From contig DASXOZ010000011.1 in NCBI GenBank assembly GCA_036493895.1, forward strand, positions 626 through 64,625: 64,000 nucleotides of DNA, in the 5' to 3' direction. Shown here piece after piece: positions 10,501 through 18,900 of the stretch. Made by a program: the position numbers and the translations under genes. The notes under the pieces are model-generated. The model was not told the origin of the DNA. It worked only from the letters and a program-made list of their open reading frames with translations, and did no database searches. This stretch comes from Candidatus Binatia bacterium (lineage in GTDB: Bacteria; Desulfobacterota; Binatia; UBA1149; CAITLU01). Numbering within the stretch: the stretch's first letter is position 1; each line of letters begins with the position of its first letter.

Positions 10501-12404
10501 CACGCGGTGGTCGAGGCGACGAACGAATCGGCAGGACACGAGGCCGAAGTCCCGGTGCAGTTCTCGGCAACGTCACAGATGCCACCCGACGCGCGACAGG
10601 TCGTTGTCGATGCGACGAAACTGTCGGCGGGGCATGCGGCGGATGTTCCGGTGCAGTTCTCGGCGACGTCGCAGATGCCGCCCGAGCTGCGGCAAGTCGT
10701 GGTGGACGCGACGAAGCTGTCGGCCGGACATGCGGCGGATGTTCCGGTGCAGTTCTCGGCGACGTCACAGACACCGCCCGCGGTGCGGCATGTCGTCGTC
10801 GAGGCTACGAAGCTGTCGGCGGGGCATGCGGCCGACGTGCCGGTGCAGTTCTCGGCGACGTCGCAGATTCCGGCCGAGGTGCGGCACGCGGTGGTCGAGG
10901 CAACGAAAGCATCGGCGGGGCATGCGGCCGACGTCCCGGTGCAGTTTTCGGCGACGTCGCAGATTCCCGCCGACGAGCGGCACGCCGTGGTCGAGGCAAC
11001 GAAAGAATCGGCGGGGCAAGCCGCCGATGTCCCGGTGCAGTTCTCGGCGACGTCGCAGATTCCAGCCGACGAGCGGCATGCCGTGGTCGATGCTACGAAA
11101 GAATCACCGGGGCACGCCGCCGAAGTTCCGGTGCAGTTCTCGGCGACGTCGCAGATGCCGCCAGAAGTGCGGCATGTCGTCGTCGAGGCTACGAACGAGT
11201 CGGCAGGGCAGGCCGCCGATGTCCCGGTGCACTTCTCGGCCACGTCGCAGATGCCGTTCGTCGTGCGACACGTCGTTGTCGAGGCTACGAATGAGTCGGC
11301 CGGGCACGCTGCCGAGGTGCCGGTGCAGTTTTCGGCCGCGTCGCAGACCCCAGCCACGGCGCGGCACGCAGTCGTCGATGCGACGAACGAGTCCGACGGG
11401 CATGCAGCGGAGGTCCCGGTACAGTTTTCGGCACTGTCGCAGATTCCGGCGGAGGCGCGGCAGGCGGTCGTCGAGGCGACGAAGGAATCGGCAGGACACG
11501 CGCCCGAGGTCCCGGTGCATTTCTCGGCATTGTCGCAGATGCCCGCCGAGTTGCGGCACGTCGTCGTCGAGGCGACGAAGCTGTCGGCCGGACAGGCTGA
11601 AGAAGTTCCCGTGCAGGTTTCGGCCGTGTCACAGATGCCGGACGCCGAGCGGCACACGGTGCCGGCCGTCACGAAAAAGCCGCCCGAGCAGCAGGCGCCC
11701 GTCGTGCAGTGCGTGACGGCGATCGCCGGGCTCGGCTCGACCTGGACACATTTGCACTTGGAGTTGGTCGCCGGCCACGCCTGCGTGTAGTCCGCGCAGT
11801 TGTTGCCGGCGTTGTTGTCGTAGCTGGAGCAGATGTTCAGATCGAGGAAACCGTTGTTGTCGGAGTCGTAGCAGCTGACCGTGATGTCACCCGTGTTGAT
11901 GACGAAATTGCCGGTGACCGAGGCCGAGCCCGGGTAGTCGGGGCAGAAGTCGCCGTCGATGTTCTGGCCCTGGTCATAGGGCGCAGGGGCGCCGGGAGTG
12001 CGGATGAGATCGATGTAGCACTGCGTGCTGGTCTCGGCGCTGACGCCGTCCTTCGCGATGTAGACGGCGCCGTCGTAGCGCTGCGGGGATGTCGGGGCGA
12101 TGGTGATGTCCGCGTGGAACGTGACGGTGTCGGTGGGAAGCCCGTTGCAGCCGCCGCCGGTGACGACCGCGTTCGACATTCCCGCGACGCCGAAGTCCGC
12201 GGCCGTGCAGCTCGAGATGGATTTACCGTTCAGCGCGGCTCGCGGCGTGATGCACAGGTCGGGGCCGTTCGGATTGACGACCTGGGCGCCGGCGCCGGCG
12301 CCGCTGCCGAGCAATGCGATCGATGCGGCGAGCAGCGATAGCGCGACGCGCGAACGCCTGCTCGACGAAGGAGATGACCGCCGCGAAGAAGAAGAAACCG
12401 TCAT
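4572..12404 (-). CDS. Giant secreted disintegrin-like repeat protein 1 (2610 aa): signal peptide, Cys-rich head, 49+3 Cys4 repeats, six DUF11/Ig-like modules
   Basis: ATG 12404 has AAAGGGGG SD; MTVSSSSRR...VALSLLAASIALLGSGAGAGA looks like a signal peptide. GACCSGGFFVTAGTVCR leads into tandem CRxxxGxCDxxExCTGxxxxCPxDxF repeats. C-terminal LRKTHTGDTTPGGEVTYTLQWSN...VTDPIP is a DUF11-type module. Confidence 0.9.
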   Translation of the reverse strand: MTVSSSSRRSSPSSSRRSRVALSLLAASIALLGSGAGAGAQVVNPNGPDLCITPRAALNGKSISSCTAADFGVAGMSNAVVTGGGCNGLPTDTVTFHADITIAPTSPQRYDGAVYIAKDGVSAETSTQCYIDLIRTPGAPAPYDQGQNIDGDFCPDYPGSASVTGNFVINTGDITVSCYDSDNNGFLDLNICSSYDNNAGNNCADYTQAWPATNSKCKCVQVEPSPAIAVTHCTTGACCSGGFFVTAGTVCRSASGICDTAETCTGTSSACPADSFVASTTTCRNSAGICDNAEKCTGTSGACPADSFVASTTACRASAGICDSAENCTGTSAACPSDSFVASTTACRAVAGVCDAAENCTGTSAACPADSFVASTTTCRTTNGICDVAEKCTGTSAACPADSFVASTTTCRTSGGICDVAENCTGTSAACPGDSFVASTTACRSSAGICDVAENCTGTSAACPADSFVASTTACRSSAGICDVAENCTGTSAACPADAFVASTTACRTSAGICDVAENCTGTSAACPADSFVASTTTCRTAGGVCDVAENCTGTSAACPADSFVASTTTCRSSGGICDVAENCTGTSAACPADSFVASTTTCRASGGICDVAENCTGTSASCPADSFVASTTACRASAGVCDVAENCTGTSVACPTDAFVTSTTTCRATTGVCDVAESCTGTSAACPADALAGSTTVCRTAVSICDVAENCTGLLASCPLDLFALATVTCRASAGVCDVAENCTGLSSTCPADSFVASTTACRASTGVCDPSENCTGTATACPADAFSASTTVCRSTGGVCDVAENCTGTTGACPADAFVASTTTCRASGGVCDVAENCTGTSAACPADSFVASTTTCRASGGICDVAENCTGVSASCPADSFVASTTACRASAGVCDVAENCTGTSAACPTDAFVSSTTTCRATTGVCDVAESCTGTSATCPAETLASSTTDCRDAVSICDVAENCTGLLASCPLDLFALPTVTCRASAGVCDVAENCTGLSSTCPADSFVASTTACRASTGVCDVAENCTGTAAACPADSFVASTATCRAATGVCDVAENCTGTSGACPADAFSASTTLCRSIAGVCDVAENCTGTSSTCPADAFVASTTLCRASTGVCDPSENCTGLLATCPLDVFALPTVTCRASAGVCDVAENCTGISGACPADAFVASTTLCRASTGVCDPSENCTGTAAACPADAIAASTTVCRASGGVCDVAENCTGTSGACPADAFVASTTTCRASGGVCDVAENCTGTSATCPADVLVSSATVCRDAVSICDVAENCTGLLASCPLDLFALPTVTCRASGGVCDVAENCTGLSSTCPADSFVASTTACRASTGVCDPSENCSGTAAACPADTFTASTTVCRPSGGVCDVAENCTGTSGACPADAFDASTTLCRASTGVCDPSENCSGTAAACPADTFTASTTVCRASGGICDVAENCTGTSGACPADAFVSSTSTCRASTGVCDPSESCTGTAASCPADTFTASTTTCRASGGVCDVAENCTGTSGACPADAFVSSTTTCRTSTGVCDTPESCTGTAAACPADAFVSSTTTCRASGGICDVAESCTGTSGACPGDAFVSSTTTCRPSAGVCDTAENCSGTSAACPGDAFLSAAALCRASTGICDPSENCSGIAAACPADSFTASTSVCRPSAGICDPAENCTGTSGACPADSFVASTTTCRASGGICDVAENCTGTSAACPANTFASSTTACRPSAGVCDVAESCTGASASCPADAFVASTTVCRGSGGVCDVAENCTGASATCTADSFAASATTCRAAVSQCDAAENCTGASTSCPADAFRSAGFACGSSSSSICDAPDTCDGSGSCLVNHASASIVCRLAAGECDVAENCDGNGSCPSDGFKPDGSACGSQASSSCDQPDTCLSGVCQTNQVCEDCAASLRKTHTGDTTPGGEVTYTLQWSNSCRNPVSDLNVTDPIPGGMTVESASSPVATTTISGNTVTFHMDSWGGGDVGQGTITVRIADSTEPGTTIVNTASLTTAGIPSAEATDKLNVRSQADLCPVALRKVHSGNDNPGGTIQYTLQWSNACADDLADVTISDPLPAGLTLVSASSGDASASVSGNTATFTADPFKAGTVGQGFITATIDPTMSSGASVLNVATLSDPAGHYATADNVFHVRDDGTGGATLSCFLRAQIYATPGSFVKYELRYKNGSESNSVNLTMPDDVTIISAYPTPTAQQGQTLFWDSLAATAGKVKVNTQVSPLAPDQTVLPSSATMNDGAGNNAVCEQTSVVTASNKLFASIRSQTYSRAGLTLRYTARYREAVGHNQLTISLPDEVTVLRSQPAPSGGSERTLTFSDLMDPSGSVKIDAQIAADVATGTVLVGSMTMSDETGTIVASETQTVIGLGTTGGGSGTPALDVTALRSVTPGTTTDVAISYSGLVSPSTLTMTLPPEMTPVLAVPSASLLPDGAQWRLTDTSGSVKLRVAVSSSAVAGSTLQIAASALDGSGTTYNGQASTIVRDGSTASGPTVSLTLPRTVTSGLTSDVSADYANLTGTGTLVLTLPDGMSEQSTTPNGATVSGNDVVFSNLASASGSVKVRTLVSSSLASGTSLPVSVTVSDGSGASASTASSTSVR
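6951..11654 (-). repeat. Coding tandem array, 49 x 96 bp (32 aa, 4 Cys per unit)
   Basis: Counted in the translation. The first-unit Cys codon at 11654 and the first variant-unit Cys at 6950 are exactly 49 x 96 bp apart. Three variant units follow to about 6690. Confidence 0.95.
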
Positions 12405-12852
12405 CCGACCCCCTTTCGTCGCTGACGCAGCGCTTTTGACACGCTCATCGACGACGGCAGTCGCTCGGCGTACAGCGTCGAGCGGCTCAAAAAGCGATGG
12501 ATTCGTGAAGAGGAGGCGGGGGGCAGTGAGCGCGCGAACCCTTCCCCGGGATTCTCCGCAATGCGCTCCGTAGTTTCCCCGACCCGATCCCCTCGCCAGG
12601 AACCACTTCGCGACCGTTACCCACCCAAGAAAACGGCCGCTGCGGAATGCATATTCGCCGCGGAAACGTACTGAAGCAAACGGGTTTCGCGTGGCCTGTG
12701 CCGCGTGCCGGGGCAAACCGGGCGGCCGGATTTCCGGATCTGTGGCGGCAGTCACGACCCAGAGGACGGCCTTCCGCAGCCCGGGGTTATCCGGGCGAAA
12801 AAAAGGTGAATCTGGTCGTGATGGGACGCCCGGAAGCAGGAAGACGGGATTG

Positions 12853-12894
12853 GCGGCGGCTGCCGGCCCCGGATCCGGGCCCGGCAGCCGCCGC
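12853..12894 (-). terminator. GC-rich stem-loop just downstream of giant protein 2
   Basis: gcggcggctgccgg...ccggcagccgccgc forms a perfect 14-bp stem plus an inner stem, about 10 nt after the stop at 12904. No clear U-tract. Confidence 0.5.
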
Positions 12895-12903
12895 TGGGAT
12901 TGC

Positions 12904-15900
12904 TCAGCGAACCGACGTGGTACCGGCGGCGCTGGCGCTGGCACCGGTCGTGTCACCGATCTGGCCACTGACAGCCAGCGAGCTGCCGCTTGCGGCGCTT
13001 GCCGGGATGAGCACGCGCACCTTGGCCGTGCCCGATGCGTCGGTCAGCCCGTTCCAGGTCACGTTGCTGCTGCTGATCGCCGCACCGCTCGGCACCGTGC
13101 TCTGGGCCGTGACGCCGGACGGCAGTGTGATGACGAGGTGCCCGGTGCCCTGCAGGCCGGCCCAGTCGGCGTAGAAGTCCGACGTGAGTCCCGCGGTCAC
13201 CGTGCGCGGCAGCGTCAGCGTCATCGACAGGCCCGGCGACGATGTCGTGTCGTCACGCACGATCGTCGAGGCCTGCGCCGTCTGGCTCGCTCCGCTGCCG
13301 TCAGTCTCGGATCCGTTGATGACCAGCGCCTTGCCGGCCGCGGCGGACACACCGACCATCACGCGCAGCTTGATCGAGCCGCTGCTCGTCGCGATGCCGG
13401 ACCAGGTGGCCTGGCCGTCGGTCAGCGTGCCTGACGGCACCGCCAGCGTCGGTACGAGCTCCGGCGGCAGCGTCACCGTGATCGTCGCAGGCGGCTGCAG
13501 GGCGTCGTAGCGGATCGTGATGTCGGTCGTCGTCCCCGGCGTCACCGACTTGACGGTCGTCAGCGTGAGCGCCGAGGTGCCGCCCGCGGTCGAACTCGCG
13601 TCCCCGACCACCGTCTGCGTTTCGGCGCCGACGATGTCCTTGGTTTCGTCGGTCATCGTCAGGCTGCCCACCAGCACGGTGCCGTTGGCGACGTTGCCGA
13701 CCTGCGTGTCGATCTTCACGACGCCCGCCGGAACCGGCAGGTCTTTGAAGATCAGCGTGTTGTCGGTTCCGCCGCTGGGCGCCGGCAGCGCGCGCAGCAC
13801 GGTGACGTCACTCGGCAGTGAGACCGTCATCTGGTTGTGGCCGACTGCATCACGGTAGCGCGCGGTGTAGCGCACGCCGAGGCCCGGCCGGCTGTGGGTC
13901 TGCGCCTTGATCGACGCGAACAGCACCTGCGAACGCGAGACCACGCCCTCGTGCTCGCAGACGGCAACGTCACCGGCGTGGTCGTCGACGAACGCGCTCG
14001 TCGACAGCACGGTCTGGTCGGTCACCAGCAGTCCGACCTGGGTCTCGACCGACACCTTGCCGGCCGTCAGCGCCAGGTTGTCCCATTCCAGAGTCTGCCC
14101 GTCCTGCTTCGACGGCGGCGGGAAAGCGCTCTCGATGTTGACCTCGTCAGGCAGCGTCAGCGACAGCGCGTTGTTCTCGGTGCCGTTGCGGTAGCGCACC
14201 TGGTACTTCACGAAGCTGCCGGGCGACGCGAACACCTGGCCCGACACGGCGCACGACAGGCTCGTCGTTGCCGTGCTTCCGCCTCGGACGCGGAACAGGC
14301 TGTCGGCCGTTTCGTGGTGACCGGCCGGGTCGGAGAGCGTCGCGACGTTGAGGATCGACTCGCCGACGGGTGCCTGCGGATCGATCGTCGCGGTGATCAG
14401 GCCCTGGCCGACGGTGCCGGCGCTCCAGCTCGCCATGTGGAAGATGGCCGAGTTGCCGTCGATCGTGACGTCGGCATCCGACGACGTGGCCGACAGGAGC
14501 AGCACTCCGTCCGGCATCGGATCGGAGATCGTCACGTCGGTGACGTCGGCCTGGCACGCGTTCGACCACTGCAGCGTGTACTGGATCTGGCCGCCCGGGT
14601 TGTCGTTGCCCGAGTGCACCTTGCGCAGCGAGACCGGGCACAGCTCGTCGATGCTGCGTACCGTCAGCTTGTCGCTGCCGGTCGCGCTGTGCGAAGCGTC
14701 GTCGACGTAATGGGCGACGTTCTCGATCGTCGAGCCCGGCGACGCATCGTCGGCAACCCTGGCCGTGATCGTGCCCTGGGCAACGTCGCCGCCGGCAAAC
14801 GTGCCCATGTTGAACGTCACGGTGTTGCCGGCAGTCGACGCCGACGCGTCCGGCGAGCTTGCCGACACCAGCTCGAGTCCGTTCGGCAGCGTATCGCTGA
14901 TGACGGCGTTCGAGATCGGATCGCGGCAGGAGTTCGACCACTGCAGTGTGAACTCGACCGTGCCGCCGGGGGTCGTGTCGCCGTTGTGGATCTTGCGCAG
15001 CGTAACCGAGCAGTCCTCGCAGATGATGTTGTCCTGGCACGAGCCGGCAAGGCAGGTGTCGGGCTTGTCGCACGTCGTCTCGGCCGGGGAGCCGCACGGC
15101 GAGCCGTCGGACTTGACGGAGTCGCCGGGGCAGTGGCCGAAGCCGTCGCAGTTCTCGGCAACGTCGCAATCGCTGGCGGCCGGGCGGCAGACCTTGGAGA
15201 TCGGCGCCAGGTTGCTCTGGCAGGTGCCGGAGCCGTCGCAGGTGTCGGCGCCGTCGCAGACGCTTTGCGCCGAGCTGCCGCAGCTCGAGCCGGACGGCTT
15301 CTTGCCGTCGGCGGGGCAGCTGGCCGCTGCGCCGTTGCAGTTCTCGGCTGCATCGCACTGGTCGGCTGCCGGACGGCAGACGGTGGAAGCACCGAGGAAA
15401 CCGTTGGCCGGGCACGTCGCGCTGACGCCGGTGCAGCTTTCGGCGACGTCGCAGACGCCGGAGGCCGGGCGGCACACGGTGGACGCAGCGACGAAGCTGT
15501 TGGCCGGGCACGCAGCCGAAGCTCCCGTGCACTGCTCGGCGACGTCGCAGACCCCACCTGCTGCGCGACAGGTGACCGAGGCCGATGCGAAGTTGTCCGG
15601 CGGACAGAATGCGAACGAGCCGGTGCAGTTCTCGGGAACGTCGCACACACCGGCCGAAGCACGGCAGACCCTGGACGCGGACGCGAGTGCGTCGCCGGGG
15701 CACGCAGCCGAGTTGCCGGTGCACTGCTCGGCAACGTCGCAGACGCCTGCCGCGGCACGACACGTGGTCGTCGCCGAGACGAAGGTGTCGCCGGGGCAGG
15801 TGGCAGAGCCGCCGGTGCAGTTTTCCGCGACGTCGCAGACGCCTGCGCTCGGCCGGCACGTGGTGGCCGCACCGGCAAACGTATTGGCAGGGCAAAGCGG

Positions 15901-18900
15901 CGATGCACCGGTGCAGTTCTCGGCGATGTCGCAGACACCGGCCGCTGCGCGGCAAGTCACTGCAGCCGAAAGGAAGGCATCGGCCGGACAGGCGCCGCCT
16001 GCGCCGGTGCAGTTCTCCGGCGTGTCGCAAATGCCGGCCGGCGCACGACAGACGGTGGTCGGCGGCAGCAGCGTATCGGCCGGGCAGCTGCCGCTTGCGC
16101 CGCTGCAGTGCTCGACCGGATCACACACTCCGGTGGAGACACGACAGATCGTCGCTGCGGACAGGAACGTATCGACCGGACACGTCGCGCCGCTGCCGGT
16201 GCAGTTCTCGGACGCATCGCAGACGCCGGTCGACGCGCGACAGGTCGTCGCTGCCGACTGGAACGAATTGCCGGGGCACGAGGCCGATGCGCCGCTGCAG
16301 TTCTCCGCGACGTCGCAGACGCCGGCTGACGCGCGACAGAGCGTCGCAGCGCTGAGGAATCCGTCGCCGGGGCAGCTCGCGCTGATTCCGGTGCAGTTCT
16401 CGGGCGTGTCGCAGACACCGGCCTTTGCGCGGCACACGGTGGCCGCGCTCAGGAACGAGTTGGCCGGACACACAATCGAGGTGCCGGTGCAGTTCTCATC
16501 GGTGTCGCAGACGCCGGCGGCTGCGCGGCACGTGAAGTTCGAATTCGCGAACGAGTCGGACGGGCAGGCGGCCTCGGTGCCCGTGCAGTGCTCGGCCAGG
16601 TCGCAGACGCCGGCCGTACCGCGGCACGAGGTCGTCGTGCCGAGGAACAGGTCGGACGGACACGCCGCCGACGTGCCGGTGCAGTTCTCCGCGATGTCGC
16701 AGACGCCGGCGACGGCGCGGCAGGTCGTCGTCGACGCGAGGAAACTGTCGGCCGGGCATGCAACCGATGCGCCCGTGCACTTCTCGGCCGGATCGCAAAC
16801 GCCTGCCGAAGGACGGCACGTCGTCGTCGAGGAGACGAAGACATCGGTCGGGCACGCGGCAGAGGTGCCCGTGCAATCTTCGGCAACGTCGCAGATGCCG
16901 CCCGACGCGCGGCAGGTCGTGGTCGAGGAAACGAAAGCATCGGCCGGACACGCGCCCGAGGTTCCGGTGCAGTTCTCGGCGACATCGCAGACGCCGCCGG
17001 TCGAGCGGCAGACCGTCGTGGACGCGGTGAACGTATCGGCAGGGCATGCCGCTGCAGTTCCGCTGCAGTTTTCGGACGGGTCGCAGACGCCGGTCGATGC
17101 GCGGCAGAGCGTGGTCGATGCGACGAACGCATCGGCAGGACACGCACCGGAGGTTCCGGTGCAGTTCTCGGCAACGTCACAGACGCCGCCGGACGGGCGG
17201 CAGACGGTCGTCGATGCGGTGAATGTGTCGGCAGGGCATGCCGCCGCGGTTCCGCTGCAATTTTCGGATGGATCGCAGACACCGGTCGATGCGCGGCAGA
17301 GCGTAGTCGACGCAACGAACGCATCGGCCGGGCACGCGCCCGAGGTTCCGGTGCAGTTCTCGGCGACGTCGCAGACGCCGCCCGACGAACGGCAGACGGT
17401 CGTCGATGCAAGGAAGGTGTCGCCTGGACAGGCCCCGGAAGTTCCCGTGCAGTTCTCGGCCGGATCGCAGACACCGCTCGAAGCGCGACAGGTCGTCGTC
17501 GAGGCGACGAATGCATCGGCCGGACATGCAGCGTCGGTTCCGGTGCAGCTCTCGGAAGGATCGCAGACCCCGGTGGACGCACGGCAGACCGTCGTCGATG
17601 CGACGAACGTATCGCCAGGACAGGCGCCGCTGGTGCCGGTGCAGTTTTCGGCGACGTCGCAGATACCGCCGGTCGAGCGGCAGACCGTCGTCGACGCGGT
17701 GAACGTATCGGCGGGGCACGCCGCTGCGGTTCCAGTGCAATTTTCAGACGGATCGCAGACGCCGGTCGACGCGCGGCACAGCGCGGTCGACGCCACGAAC
17801 GCATCGGCCGGGCATGCGCCGGAGGTTCCGGTGCAGTTCTCGGCGACGTCGCAAACGCCGCCCGACGCACGGCAGACCGTCGTCGATGCGGTGAACGTAT
17901 CGGCGGGGCAAGCCGCAGCCGTTCCGCTGCAATTCTCGGACGGGTCGCAGACGCCGGTCGATGCGCGGCACAGCGTGGTCGACGCGACGAACGCATCGGC
18001 CGGGCACGCGCCGGAGGTTCCGGTGCAGTTCTCGGCGACGTCGCAGACGCCGCCCGACGAACGGCAGACGGTCGTCGACGCGGTGAACGTATCGGCAGGG
18101 CACGCCGCCGCGGTTCCGCTGCAATTTTCGGACGGGTCGCAGACGCCGGTCGATGCGCGGCAGAGCGTAGTCGATGCGGCGAACGCATCGGCAGGACACG
18201 CGCCGGAGGTTCCGGTGCAGTTCTCGGCGACGTCGCAGACGCCGCCCGACGAACGGCAGACGGTTGTCGATGAGGTGAATGTATCGGCCGGGCACGCGGC
18301 GGAGGTTCCGGTGCAGTTTTCGGCAACGTCGCAGATACCGCCCGAGGAACGGCAAGTGGTCGTCGAAGCGACGAAAGCGTCGGCCGGGCACGCGGCGGAG
18401 GTTCCGGTGCAGTTCTCGGCAACGTCGCAGATGCCGCCCGAGGAACGGCAAGTCGTCGTCGAAGCGACGAAAGCGTCGGCCGGGCACGCGGCGGAGGTGC
18501 CGGTGCAGTTCTCGGCAGCGTCGCAGACGCCGCCCGAGGCGCGGCACGTCGTGGTCGAAGCGACGAAAGCGTCGGCCGGGCACGCGGCGGAGGTGCCGGT
18601 GCAGTTTTCGGCAACGTCGCAAAGGCCGCCCGAGGCGCGGCAAGTCGTCGTCGACGCGACAAAGGCGTCGGCCGGGCACGCGGCAGAGGTGCCGGTGCAG
18701 TTCTCGGCGACGTCGCAGATGCCGCCCGATGCACGGCAAGTCGTCGTCGATGCGACGAAGGCGTCGGCCGGGCACGCCGCCGACGCGCCGGTGCAGTTCT
18801 CGGCGACGTCGCAGATGCCGCCCGAAGCGCGGCAGGTCGTCGTCGAAGCGACGAAGGCGTTGGCTGGGCATGCGGCGGAAGCGCCGGTGCAGTTTTCGGC

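Noticed and set aside
12410-12850. c-di-GMP riboswitch or SRP RNA in the long leader of giant protein 1
   Set aside because: GGGCAAACC and CCGGAAGCAGG fragments are on the non-coding strand and lack the remaining conserved elements. An Rfam scan would be needed; nothing is supportable by eye.
12405-12968. 188-aa N-terminal extension of giant protein 1 (and the 79-aa extension 19810..20046 of protein 2)
   Set aside because: Low-complexity sequence; the first overlaps the upstream gene's stop and hairpin. Strong SDs and signal peptides mark 12404 and 19809 as the starts.
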